Positions 20,357 to 30,776 of a DNA stretch of 64,000 nucleotides are shown piece after piece. Each line of letters opens with the position of its first letter. The stretch's first letter is position 1. The notes below the pieces were generated by a model that was not told where the DNA came from, searched no databases, and was given only the letters and a program-made list of their open reading frames with translations. A program made the translations under genes and the position numbers. The DNA lies in assembly GCA_965242695.1 (NCBI GenBank), contig CBDESU010000002.1:512001-576000 (forward strand), written 5' to 3'. Source of the stretch: Cenarchaeum sp. (lineage in GTDB: Archaea; Thermoproteota; Nitrososphaeria; Nitrososphaerales; Nitrosopumilaceae).

Positions 20357-20714
20357 CGGCACGCACCTGCGGCCCCTGTTAAAATACCTTGTCCACAACC
20401 GCTCATGCAATTCGCCGCCGATGCGCGCCCGCGCCCTAGCTGCATCCAATTGCTTACAACGGCTGTGGCGAGCCGCCCTTGCCGTGCAGGTACCACGCTG
20501 CCAATGCTGTCGTACGTACAGGCTCCCACTGCAGGATGGCGGCTAAAAAGGACGCCGAGCCGCGGAATGTGCGCGCCAAGGTTCCGAGGGCATGCGCGTG
20601 TTGGACACTGCACCAAGGAAACGATGTGTCGCCACGAGGGCAGCGACAGGTGCGCCGCCTAGGCTGCTGGTGCCTTTCGTTAGGTATAAGAATCCCGAGG
20701 AGTACCTCGGCGGC

Positions 20715-21620
20715 ATGGCATCCAAGGCGAGCCGGCGGGCAGGTGCGCGGGGTCAGCACGCGGCGCAGGCTCCGAGCGCCCGCGAGTGGCTTGAAATCGC
20801 GCGGCAGGATATCAAAGGAATGGAGGTGTGCTGCAGAAACAGGCTTTATGGGGCGTCGGCCTACCACTGCCAGCAGGCGCTGGAAAAGATCGTAAAGTTC
20901 GCAGTCGTCAAATACGACCTCTCGGACAAGCCCGTCGACCTGCTGAACCACGATGTCATAAAGGGGCTACTTAAACAGTGGAAAGAATCTCTTCCGGTGG
21001 AGGAGGCATGGGCAAAAGGTGCGTTGGAGCTTGCTCTCAAATTGTTAGTGGCACTAGGCAAGAGCCCGAGGTGGACCGGGAGGCGAAGCGTGACGGACAA
21101 GGGCGGTGATATTCCTTCACCCAAAGATGCACTCTGGGCAGAGTCGCTCGGCGTGCCTCTAGACAGCCCGAAATTGACCGAGATGTCGGGCGAAACCAGT
21201 ATGCCTCCTATGTCTCTCTTGGAAAAGTTTTATGCACGGCATTTACCAAAAGAAGCCAAAGACATTGTAGCGGATGTGGTGGGAGCCGAGAAAAAGGGTG
21301 GCAGGGAATCAGCAATTCTGACGGCGTACCTAAAGCCTAGCAAGCTTCTCTGGGCAAAATTTAAAAAAACAAACAAGCCACATGCAGGACACAAGAGGCT
21401 TGACAAAAAGACGGCCGAAGAATGCCTGTTCCTCTGGATACTGGCAAACCTTGATACCCTCCTCAAGGTCACTCCCCACGAAGAATACGGTCGCTATCCC
21501 GGAGTCCTGTGCAAAAAATCACGCACCCAGTGGTACAGCGAACACAAGGATGCCTTCATAACTCTAAAAGGATCAGCCCGCAGAGCCTTTGACGAGTTGT
21601 CCAAGATGATCAAGTACTAG
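20715..21620 (+). CDS. HEPN domain protein with a large internal insertion
   Basis: EWLEIARQD...SAYHCQQALEKIVK...LNHD...GRYP. TATAA at about 20685. Confidence 0.8.
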   Translation: MASKASRRAGARGQHAAQAPSAREWLEIARQDIKGMEVCCRNRLYGASAYHCQQALEKIVKFAVVKYDLSDKPVDLLNHDVIKGLLKQWKESLPVEEAWAKGALELALKLLVALGKSPRWTGRRSVTDKGGDIPSPKDALWAESLGVPLDSPKLTEMSGETSMPPMSLLEKFYARHLPKEAKDIVADVVGAEKKGGRESAILTAYLKPSKLLWAKFKKTNKPHAGHKRLDKKTAEECLFLWILANLDTLLKVTPHEEYGRYPGVLCKKSRTQWYSEHKDAFITLKGSARRAFDELSKMIKY

Positions 21621-21956
21621 CGGCACAACTGGGCTGCGCAATGCAGGTGTTGGAGCGGTCCGCAAAACCGCCCGAATGCGCAGCTCTGCCGACCAAGATC
21701 GGGAGAGAGGCCGCGCCCGCCGAGAGAGGCCGCGCCACGGTAGCTACAAGAGAGCAGCATATTCGCCACCAGTATTGTAATGCCGGTCAAGGCTATCGAC
21801 ACCCTGTTCGCCGTTATTTTCGCGGCGCTACGCCCCGCACTAACCGTAGCCACTCAACATGCGCGTCCAGACGTATTCCAGAGCGGCGGCAATGCCGCAC
21901 TGCTTGTCACGTGCCGCGCATGCCGCACTTCGGGGGCAGTGGAGCAACGCCTTCCG

Positions 21957-23174
21957 CTAGGCGTAGCCGGCGCCGCCAAGCAAGACACCGCGCACCAAGC
22001 CGGCGATTTCTGATATCGAGTCCGTGTCTACCGGGCGCTGCACGACGTAGATTGTGTTATTGGCACGGCCGTACCGCGCGCCGAGAATAAGGTCGGGCGA
22101 AAGGATGCCGTCTGACCGGGACATGCCGCCGTCCCGTGCGTAGGCGTACGGCCCCTGTCCCAGCAGGCCCTCGGCGGGCGATCCGCCCTGCCCTGCCCCG
22201 GCAGGTGGAGGGGCCCTGACGGTCCTCACGTGCGGCGCTGTCCCCAGCCTCGAGTGCGGATCCTGGTATGGCTCGCTACCCGGCATGTGCCTGACCACGT
22301 CTTCCTCGCCCGTTGGGCTGACCACGACCAGCCTCTTTCCCTGCCCTACAAACTGTACAAACTCGTCGCGTATCCGCTCGTCCCGGAACGAAAAGCCCAC
22401 CACGATGCACGCATCCGACGACATTAGCTGCTTGCGGAAGTGCTTGAATATCGTGGCGTACGGCTCGTCCTCCTCCTCGTCCTTCGGGGACAGCGACGGG
22501 TAGATCAAGAGGTCCTGCTGGTTCGGATCGGACGACTTTTTCTCATAGTTGACGCGCACGGGGCCGTGCGTTGCGTGGCGCTTCCAACCGAGCGAGCCGT
22601 GGAGCTTGAGGAGGTGAAGCCGGTGCAGGGGCATCCCCGCGCCGGACATGCTCCATGCGTTGTTCCCGCGCATTCCCGCCCATCGCATGTAGTCTCCCGT
22701 GCTGTCCGGCTCGAACCCGTCCGTGTACCCGAGCTGGCTCCCGGGAAGCGAGCAGTACTCTTCGACGCTCCGGTCGTAGTTGGTGGTGAACACGACGATG
22801 TCGTGCCCGCACTCCCTGATCAGTCCCAGCCACGCGCCTAAGACGGAGCCGAGCGCTTCGTTGTGCAGCGGGTTCCATGTGTACGCCTCGTGGATCTCGT
22901 GCTTTATGAGGTCCTCAAGGCGCCCCATCGACTCGGCGCTTTTCCTGATCTGGGGGTGGCGCCTCTCAAGATATATCCCCCCGCGCGTGCCTGGAAGCCT
23001 TGCAACCTCCTTGACCGTCGTCAGGACCTCCTCAATGTCCTCGCCCCCTGCCAGAGCACCGGCCCACTCGGGGTCGGCGCCGCACTTTGCAGCCATGCGA
23101 TCCTTGAAGTCCCGCGTGGTCGGCATGCCGTACGCCACCGACGCACCGGCGCCCAGGAACAGCGACACCTTCAC
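21957..23174 (-). CDS. SIR2-family (SIR2_2) putative NADase
   Basis: FLGAGAS, FTTNYD, KLHGSLGW and VVGFSFRD motifs. TTAATAA box at about 23197-23203. Confidence 0.88.
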   Translation of the reverse strand: MKVSLFLGAGASVAYGMPTTRDFKDRMAAKCGADPEWAGALAGGEDIEEVLTTVKEVARLPGTRGGIYLERRHPQIRKSAESMGRLEDLIKHEIHEAYTWNPLHNEALGSVLGAWLGLIRECGHDIVVFTTNYDRSVEEYCSLPGSQLGYTDGFEPDSTGDYMRWAGMRGNNAWSMSGAGMPLHRLHLLKLHGSLGWKRHATHGPVRVNYEKKSSDPNQQDLLIYPSLSPKDEEEDEPYATIFKHFRKQLMSSDACIVVGFSFRDERIRDEFVQFVGQGKRLVVVSPTGEEDVVRHMPGSEPYQDPHSRLGTAPHVRTVRAPPPAGAGQGGSPAEGLLGQGPYAYARDGGMSRSDGILSPDLILGARYGRANNTIYVVQRPVDTDSISEIAGLVRGVLLGGAGYA

Positions 23175-23453
23175 GCACGGCGCGCCGTGGCGGCCGTTAT
23201 TAATGGCTGTCGCAGGCGCCGGTCTAGCGAGTACCGCCCGCAACGTACGAGCCTTGGTCGGAAGGAACGGGCAGGTGCCTGCACGCGGCGGCAGTCAAGC
23301 ACGATTTAGCGGCCCGCCCTCTCGCAAGTCACAACGCGGCGCGTGCACCCTGTTACCATGGGGGTAGGAGATCGCCGAGGGGGCACGTACACGAAGAGGT
23401 GGCCGGCAGGGGCAGAAGCGTGCCACAGGGGGCTGAGGGGGGCCCGGCCTAGT

Positions 23454-23556
23454 GGGTACGCGGGTTTGCTGCAGCCTTGGCAGGTGCACGGAGGACTCGC
23501 TCGCGGCGGCAGAGGCGCAGCCGGGGGGTACGCGGATTTGCTGCAGCCTTGGCAGG
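23454..23556. repeat. Two 31-bp direct repeats (1 mismatch), period 72 bp
   Basis: gggtacgcgg(g/a)tttgctgcagccttggcagg at 23454-23484 and 23526-23556. Confidence 0.8.
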
Positions 23557-23890
23557 AGTGGTGCACGCCGCGGCTCCAGCGCGCAGGACGACGGGGCAGT
23601 CATGGCTTCGGAACGCGGGGTCTGGTGCTACTACCCCTGTCCGGGGCGGCGCTATTCCACGTCGCCCTTGACGAGGCGGCTACTAGAGCCGGCCATCTCT
23701 CCTCCTCCCGCACAGGGGCGCGCCGCGTCCGATGACAATCGGATAGCGGCTCCTGCGGCGGGCCCGCGGCTGGCGCCATGCGCATTGCCTGCGGCCTTTC
23801 CATTGCAATGACGGTGCCGCGCATCATGCGGCCGTCAACAGGTCGCAACAGGCCCGCCATGTGGTGGATCGCGGCGCCTGCGGCCGCGTG

Positions 23891-24187
23891 CTAGCCCCGG
23901 GCAAGCAGCGGAAGCTCGATCTCGGGCGCCGCGGCCTCCGCCTCCGTCGCCTCCGGCTCGCGCCCCAGGATCGCCGCCCGCATGCGGGCAAACTCGGCCG
24001 AGCTGCTGATCGCCTCGTGCACGCGCGCAAGCTGCGAGAACAGCCTGCGCTCGGCCGGATAGCCTTCAGCGCCGTAGGCGCAGGCTCCGCGCGGCTCGCC
24101 CCGGACGGGGACTGCAAGGAGATCGGCGAGGAAGGCTCCCCACCAGGGAGGCCGGCAGGGCCAGCGGCGCGCCGTCGGGCTGCACAT
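23891..24187 (-). CDS. Small hypothetical protein
   Basis: ATG 24187 with TTTTAT box at about 24208-24213. C-terminal half looks coding. Confidence 0.35.
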   Translation of the reverse strand: MCSPTARRWPCRPPWWGAFLADLLAVPVRGEPRGACAYGAEGYPAERRLFSQLARVHEAISSSAEFARMRAAILGREPEATEAEAAAPEIELPLLARG

Positions 24188-24525
24188 GCGGCCGTTGGGG
24201 AGGGGGGATAAAAGGGGGCCGCGGCCCTGTAGAAGGCGATGCCGGGCGGCGCGGGCCATGCGCGGCGGCGGCCTAGAGTGCATCGGAGGGATTGGGTTCG
24301 GCGCGGGCGGGAGCGGCATGTTGATTACCCCCCGCGTGCGCCGGCCGGCATGCCCCTGTCCGTACGGATCTGCCCATCCCAGGCTGCAGGGGGAGCCGCG
24401 GCCCATCCCGGCGGCCCGGGGCGGCGCGCCGTGCCCGCGGGGCCCGGTTGCGCGCCCGGGATGCGCCGGGGCCGTCCTGCTTTCCGCGGCGCAGCGCGGG
24501 GCCCTTCCAGCGGGGTGGGCGGCTA

Positions 24526-25032
24526 GTGGAGATTACGCTAGACGTGCCCGTAGTCGCCATGGGCGCGTTCGCAGGGCTCGCCTCGTTCGTGTACTGTCTC
24601 GACCGGCGCCGCGCAAGGCTCGCGGACAGGAGCCACAGGGACGCGATTGCAAGGCCCATGGCCGACCTCGACAAGATGGTCACGCAGATACTGCTCGACG
24701 TCAAGGACCTCGACACGTACGAGTCCGACGAGATGATACCGGAACGCCTCTCGCAGTACCTGGCGCGCAACTACGGGCGCGCAGAGTCCATAGTCGGCGC
24801 GATCGAGATGCACGGCGCCATGTGCACCGCGCTCAGCGACCGGGAGAGGGAGGACTTGCGGACGACGGCGCGGTTTGTCTGTTGGCTGCTCGACAGCTAC
24901 CACCCGCAGGACGTCAGGGAAGAGGCGCGGCACCTCGTATGGACGAGATACCCCTCGGACAGGCTCAGGGAGCGCGCTCGGGAGATGCACGCCTGCGTCT
25001 CAAGGTTTGGGAAGGCGCCGGTGCCCGCGTAG
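24526..25032 (+). CDS. Single-pass membrane protein with a helical domain (paralog A)
   Basis: N-terminal TM segment. ERLSQYLARNY...WLLDSY...VW pattern shared with 25315-25794. Confidence 0.65.
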   Translation: MEITLDVPVVAMGAFAGLASFVYCLDRRRARLADRSHRDAIARPMADLDKMVTQILLDVKDLDTYESDEMIPERLSQYLARNYGRAESIVGAIEMHGAMCTALSDREREDLRTTARFVCWLLDSYHPQDVREEARHLVWTRYPSDRLRERAREMHACVSRFGKAPVPA

Positions 25033-25314
25033 CCCGGCGCGGCGGGGCGTGACGGAACGCGCCGGCGGCTGCGCAGCTGTCAAGCCGAGAGAGGGACACG
25101 GGCGGACACTCTGCTGGCAATTCCGGGACGGGCAGCCCGATGCGAATTCGAAAGCCGGCCCCGCGCGGGGCGGCGGCCCCGGATGCGCAACCCCCGCATC
25201 GGGGCGGAAAGCTGCCCGGGGCGCGGGGCGAAGGCGACGAGCTCGCCTAATCGGCGACAGGATGCGCATGAACCCTCCGAATTGTGGGCGGCGGCAGGCC
25301 AAGGGACGCGCGCG

Positions 25315-25794
25315 CTACATCCTCTCAGCGACCTTCAGTAACCGGTCTATCCCGTCTCCAATCTCGTCGCGATCCTCGTTCCATACCACCCTCTGCTTCA
25401 CGGACGGTTCGCCACCGTCGCTACCGTAAAAGTCAGTAAACCATTCCAAGGTATCAACCACCTCCTTGATCTTGCTCATCAGCGGATCGTCGCTCTTGAG
25501 GTACATCCTGTGCGTTCTTATCTCTTCCATGTACTTGTCGATCTTCGCCATGTTCTTGCCAGCATAGTTGGCAATCCTTTCCGACACGTCCTTCGCGTCG
25601 GCAAAGTCGTAGTCGCGCGACAGGCACGACACGTTGCGCATGACGATCTCTGCATCATATATGGCGTTTCTGATCACCATCTTGTGAAACTTGTACTCTT
25701 TGCGGGCCCGGAGGTGGCCGGTCAGGTTGAGCATGATTACAAGCCCTAGCGATGCCGTGCCGACTACAACGCCGTAGACGTGGTACCATTCCAT
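25315..25794 (-). CDS. Single-pass membrane protein with a helical domain (paralog B)
   Basis: N-terminal TM segment. ERIANYAGKNM...WFTDFY...VVW. Confidence 0.7.
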   Translation of the reverse strand: MEWYHVYGVVVGTASLGLVIMLNLTGHLRARKEYKFHKMVIRNAIYDAEIVMRNVSCLSRDYDFADAKDVSERIANYAGKNMAKIDKYMEEIRTHRMYLKSDDPLMSKIKEVVDTLEWFTDFYGSDGGEPSVKQRVVWNEDRDEIGDGIDRLLKVAERM

Positions 25795-25795
25795 A

Positions 25796-26521
25796 TCAAT
25801 CGCCCAAGGTGTTGTTGGCCCTGTCACTGCGCATTGCGGGCAGGATGTAGGTTTCTAGAAACAGGATCCACGATTCTAGCGCTATGTCGACGTACGCGGA
25901 AAATCCAAAGTGCCTGCTGACTTTGAGGATCATTCCCCGCTCTTTTGTCTCGTCGCATATGCCATCGGCCTGCCGCACCCTGAAAATAGGCTCAAACCTA
26001 GACGCAGCCCCGAGCATGTCACCGTAGTTGATCCGCGTCGTTGCGCACCTGCTACGGGTCACGGTAAACCCGCTCCTAGCCAAGCCGTCATACCCTTCAC
26101 GCCCCTCAAACTCGAAGCGCGGATCATAAATTATGCTGTCAGTGTTTGCCAGGATGGCATCCGCCACCCTAACCATCACCCTCTTGTCATAGTCTATGGC
26201 GGACATGTCGGCAGCCTTGCCCAGCGCTCCTCTGATCGCACGGTATGGCGCATCCTTGCTGCTTGCAATGACGGCGAGCCTGTTCCTTTTGCTAAGGTGG
26301 AACCAGTAGGTGCTGTGGCTGAGCACCGTTCTATCATCGGCGCTCACTGCCTCGGGTATGACGATCTGCCCCATTAGGCTGTCCCTCGCCTGCCTGCGGC
26401 CGACCTGGATGGTCGAATACTCCCGCTTTCCATTCACATCGACGACAGGGTTGCCCGGCGGGGCCTCTGAGAGGCGCTTGGCCAGCACGACGAGGCTCAC
26501 ATCCGAGTGAAATTCGTACAT
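25796..26521 (-). CDS. Hypothetical protein, probably co-transcribed with 25315-25794
   Basis: Long ORF with globular composition. Its stop abuts the next start. AT-rich box at about 26562-26572. Confidence 0.65.
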   Translation of the reverse strand: MYEFHSDVSLVVLAKRLSEAPPGNPVVDVNGKREYSTIQVGRRQARDSLMGQIVIPEAVSADDRTVLSHSTYWFHLSKRNRLAVIASSKDAPYRAIRGALGKAADMSAIDYDKRVMVRVADAILANTDSIIYDPRFEFEGREGYDGLARSGFTVTRSRCATTRINYGDMLGAASRFEPIFRVRQADGICDETKERGMILKVSRHFGFSAYVDIALESWILFLETYILPAMRSDRANNTLGD

Positions 26522-26818
26522 TCTGACGCTCCGGGGCACGGGCGGCCCCAAGCATGGCTACTAATAAAGTATTCAAGGGGGCAACAACCTGCGCGGGGCA
26601 TGCGCCCAGGTCGACAGGCTGGTTGACGCCTAGGGTGCCCGGTGAGGGTTGACTGGAGACCTCGGCAGGCGCCCCCGATCGCCCTCCCAAGGCCCTTGCA
26701 GGCGCCCCCGATCGCCGCACGAGCCGCGCCATGGCGATCGCGGACGTCCAACAATGCTGACTATCTTAACAGATTTGCTAGCATGGCATAGTAGCCGCGC
26801 CAGCCGCCGGATTGCGGC

Positions 26819-27025
26819 ATGAAGCATCTGCCAGGCGGCAGGACATCGGCAGTCATGTTGTGCCCCGCCTGCTCGCACACCTTCGAGGCGGTATTCTGCG
26901 AGCCGCTCGGCAAGGAGGGCAGGGCGCTGCGCGCCGAGCTCGAAAGGCTGGTCCGCGAGATCTGCGACGTTCGCAGGACAGCGTCCGATGCCCTCAAGCA
27001 CTGCGCCCTCGTCGTGAGTGTTTAG
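26819..27025 (+). CDS. Small protein with a CxxC motif
   Basis: LCPACSHTF followed by an amphipathic helix. Confidence 0.35.
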   Translation: MKHLPGGRTSAVMLCPACSHTFEAVFCEPLGKEGRALRAELERLVREICDVRRTASDALKHCALVVSV

Positions 27026-28751
27026 GTACCCCTCCCCCTAGGAGGCGTCACGGCGCTGGCGGGTGTAGACACGGGTCGTGCGGACGGGTGGTGGCCCGGC
27101 ATGCCGTCCTTCTGCACACCCTGCAAGCATCCGCCGCACGGCACGGCCTGGCACGGCACGGAGCGATCGGCTCCGACGCAGGTCACGCGAAGCGCAAGTG
27201 CTCACACACTTCGGGGCCTAGTCAGGGGTCCGATCCACGCCTGGTTCGGTGCGGGCGGGTTAGAGTACGCGCCGGATCTCCGCTAGCGGGCGCAGTCCGT
27301 GCATCTTCCATGTTGCACTGCAGGACATCAGGGCGCAGAACGCCATCGCGCCTGCCACCGAGCGCAGCGCGCCGCGTATCTTGCGCAGGACGACCGGCTC
27401 GCGCAGCAGCTTCTCGGCGGGGTTGTTCGTGGGCGGGACCCACGGCAGCACCACGAACAGGAACAGGTCGTACGCGGCGTTGCCGACCTTCGTCATGAAC
27501 TCGGCCAGGTCGGGATCGTCGCGGTAGTCGTCGACGATCTTCCTGACGCGCCGGGTGAACTCGTAGCGCTTGCGGACTCGCTCCGCATGCGTGCCCCTGA
27601 ACTCCTTGGCATCGTGGAATATCTTGTGCAGCCTGTCCGAGACGTGCCGGACGCTCTCGCTGTCGGGAAACTGGCCCAGGTACCACTTTGCCTCGTTGAG
27701 GATGTGGGCCCAGCACCGCTGTATCCTGTACTTTTGGAACACCGGGGCGCCGTCGCACACGATGATCCCGTTCCAGGCCGCCAGTATCTTCTCGAGGACG
27801 GCGTTGTCCCCGTCGGGGCTGAGCCAGTACACGGCAATCTTGCGCAGGGGGTCGAAGAACACCCACAGGCCCCAGAAATCGCCGTTTACCCTGTGCGACG
27901 TCTTGTCCGAGTGGATGACCGAGGCGCCTGCCAGCAGCGCAATGAGGGCCGCCAGGCCCGGCTGCAGGGCCAGCCCCGTCTTCGTGGTGATGCTGGAGGT
28001 CTGCCCCGAGGATATCTCCACTCCGTCGTCCTTGAGCGACTCTTGGTTCATGCGGACCGAGAGGCGGTTGAACCAGTTCTTGAGGACGGCAAGCTTTACG
28101 TTGAGGCCAAGCACGCCTGTATGGGGGAGTCGGATGCGGAACCGTTTGTTCGCATCGTCGGGAAAGTCGTTGACCGGCTCGCCGGCGTCCCCGGCACCCC
28201 CGCCGCCGCCCAGGGCCTCCCGAATGGCCTTGACCACCTCGTCATACTCACCGTCCTGCCGCCCTTGCCGCCCCTCCTGCCGCCGCAGGCTGCCGCCCTG
28301 TCTGCCGGCCAGGGCGGCGGGATCCCTGTCCCCGGCGGCGGCCCCCGCATCGGCCGGGGCGGCTGCGGCGGGGCGCTCCGGCTCCGCATCGCCCTTTTTC
28401 GGCTTGAACAGGTGCAGCGGGACGGCCGTCCCCTCCGTTGCCGTCCCCGAGTCGCCGCACCCGTAGCACTGCCAGTCGGGGCACTGCGACTCGATGGTGC
28501 GTGTACGTTGCGGCGGTGGCTTTTCGTACATGATCCGCGCCGAGTAGTTTTCGACCCGTATGCGGCTGGCGCAGCCGTCGGTTCTGCAGCGCTCCGGCTT
28601 TTCGATTACCACGCGCTGGTCGGGAACGAACCGCCGCCTTGTCGCCCTGCGGCCGGGCTGGCCGCCGGGCCTGCGCCGCGGCTGGCCGTCACAGTCCCCG
28701 GCACCCTTCCGGACGCCGCCTCCCTCCTTCGCATCCTTCGCCCTCTTCCTG

Positions 28752-30383
28752 GGGGGTTATGCGTATTGGAACCCGGCGATCGCACCCAGAGGAAAATCTC
28801 GACCCGAAACTGGAATTTTGATCGAGTGAAGATCCGGGCGCCAGAAATTGCACCTCCGTCGGGCCGTGGCTCAAAAAACCTTGACTTCTTGTCAACCGGA
28901 TTTCACCCGCCCCGTCTTAGGCGGCGGCCGGGCAACGCCGGCGATGGAGCAGTGCCTGATCGATCCCGAGGTCCTAAAGGTGTACGAGGAGGTCGTCCCC
29001 GAGTCGTGGTTCGAGGCGGATCCGAATCACATCGCGAATATCGGCACTGCGAGGTACAAGAAGTTCCTCAAGGACGCCGACGAGCGGCTTGCCCTGATGA
29101 TGGAGGGGTGCAAGGATCCCAAGCTGTGCGGGCAACGCGCCCGGCGCGTCTCGCGGGACGGGACGCTGCGCGACGAGTCGTGGCTGCACGGCGCGACGGG
29201 CCTGGACCACGCCATGTTCTTCTACATCGTCGCCTGCTTCGAGCACGAGATCGAGACCACGCCCGACGTGCCCCTCTTCCGCCACGGCCTTGACCCCGAG
29301 AGGGCGTCCGACCGTGGCAACCGCTGCATCCTGGCCGCGGAGCACATGGTGTGCATGACCCTGTACCACATCTGGACGGGCTGCTCGCAGGAGTCGCTGC
29401 AGGGCATGTTCTGGATCGACCAGACGACGGCCCCAAGGAACATCCGGCTGGTCAGGGGCATCATGGCCAACTCCGGCATGCTTCCGACCGACCTGGGCCT
29501 CATGGACGAGCTCAGGTCCTTCACCAAGGAAAAGGTCCAGGAGTACGTGGGCAACGTCCTGCTCGTCGACTTGATGCACTACGACATCGAAGATCCCGTC
29601 GACAAGGACTCCAACGACGAGGCGTACTCGCACAAGGCCGGCACGACCACCTGCAAGTCGGTGCACGCATGCGCCAAGCGGGGCCTGGTCGTCCTCAGCG
29701 GCGAGCTGGAGGGAGGGCGGGGCAGCGAGATAGAGTACCTGCGCCGCCACTTTCCAGACGTGGGAGTCCTGACGGCATCCCTTACGAGCCCCGACACGCC
29801 GGCGGCCGAGCGCACCTCGGTCTACATCGACAACGGCCCCCAGGGGATCAAGGAGCTGCTCAAGGGCGCCAACGTCCTGATGCCGCACCGGAAGCCGATC
29901 GGGGGCGAGCTGACGGAGGAGCAGAAGGCCTACAACTCGCAGCTGGCCGCCGAGCGGGCCCCGGTCGAGAACAGGTTTGCCGAGATAAAGCAGAACAAGA
30001 TACTCGCCCACGAGTTCCGCGGCTCGGTCGAGGACCTTCGAGAGACCCGCACCGTCTGCATCGGCTTCGTCAACCTGAAGCTGATAATGAGGGGTGCAGA
30101 CGGGTTCGTCCCCGACACCCACGCCAAGGAGGCGGCAGGCGGGCCCGGGCCGCCGGGGCCGCATGGCCGCAAGCCGCGGCAGACGTTCCCGTACCTCGCC
30201 AAAGAGTGACCGCCGCCGCGCTGATCACCGAAAAAGGGCGAATTTCGGGCCTTTTTCGGGCGGCGGCGCGGCATTCGGGCGAGTTTCGGACATCTGGATG
30301 CGCATACTTCGTCGTTTCGCGTTTTGTTTTTCGAGTTTCACAGTGGCAAGGGCGATCGCGGGCATGCAATACGCATAACCCCC
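28752..30383 (+). mobile_element. IS5-family (DDE_Tnp_4/ISL2-like) insertion sequence, 1632 bp
   Basis: Terminal inverted repeats gggggttatgcgtattg / caatacgcataaccccc. 3-bp duplication CTG at 28749-28751 and 30384-30386. Confidence 0.9.
28944..30209 (+). CDS. IS5-family DDE transposase
   Basis: HTH-like QESLQGMFWIDQTT, LLVD, YSHK, YIDNGPQG, MPHRKP, and YNSQLAAERAPVENRFAEIK. Confidence 0.88.
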   Translation: MEQCLIDPEVLKVYEEVVPESWFEADPNHIANIGTARYKKFLKDADERLALMMEGCKDPKLCGQRARRVSRDGTLRDESWLHGATGLDHAMFFYIVACFEHEIETTPDVPLFRHGLDPERASDRGNRCILAAEHMVCMTLYHIWTGCSQESLQGMFWIDQTTAPRNIRLVRGIMANSGMLPTDLGLMDELRSFTKEKVQEYVGNVLLVDLMHYDIEDPVDKDSNDEAYSHKAGTTTCKSVHACAKRGLVVLSGELEGGRGSEIEYLRRHFPDVGVLTASLTSPDTPAAERTSVYIDNGPQGIKELLKGANVLMPHRKPIGGELTEEQKAYNSQLAAERAPVENRFAEIKQNKILAHEFRGSVEDLRETRTVCIGFVNLKLIMRGADGFVPDTHAKEAAGGPGPPGPHGRKPRQTFPYLAKE

Positions 30384-30776
30384 CTGAGCAGCTTTACGAC
30401 CAGATCGTAGTCGGCCGCGTACGCAGCCTCGGCGGTCGACGCCATGCTCTCGAAGTTTAAGGGGAGTATCCACACGGCATCGGGGACGGCCAGGCCAAGC
30501 TCGCCCGCCCTGTGCTCTACGTCTATGTATGCCTTGTAGACCGTCTTCACGCATTGGCGAGCCGGGCGGCCCGTAATAAACTCTCTGTCGCAAGCGACGC
30601 ACGAGTCCGGCGCGAGATCAAGTCCGCCCGCCTGCATGCCCCCGTCGGGGCGTCCCACCGCCCTTCCGTCGTGCAAGCATGTCGGGCATGCGACGAGGCC
30701 CCGCATTCGCCGAGGCCCGCCGCGGGTCGCAGGCACCAGATCCAACGGTTATATGAAAAGTGGGCGAAGGCGGCGC

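Larger units (their letters stand above)
27260..30706 (-). pseudogene. IS66-family transposase interrupted by an IS5-family insertion
   Basis: PGGQPG, IHSDKT, IVCDG, QRCWAHI and PTNNPAEKLLR motifs. Removing 28752-30383 plus one CTG joins ...DLVVKLLR|KRAKDAKE... in frame. Confidence 0.85.

Noticed and set aside
27299-29293. 664-aa plus-strand ORF
   Set aside because: Antisense or alternate-frame shadow of the two transposases, and it crosses the IS boundary.
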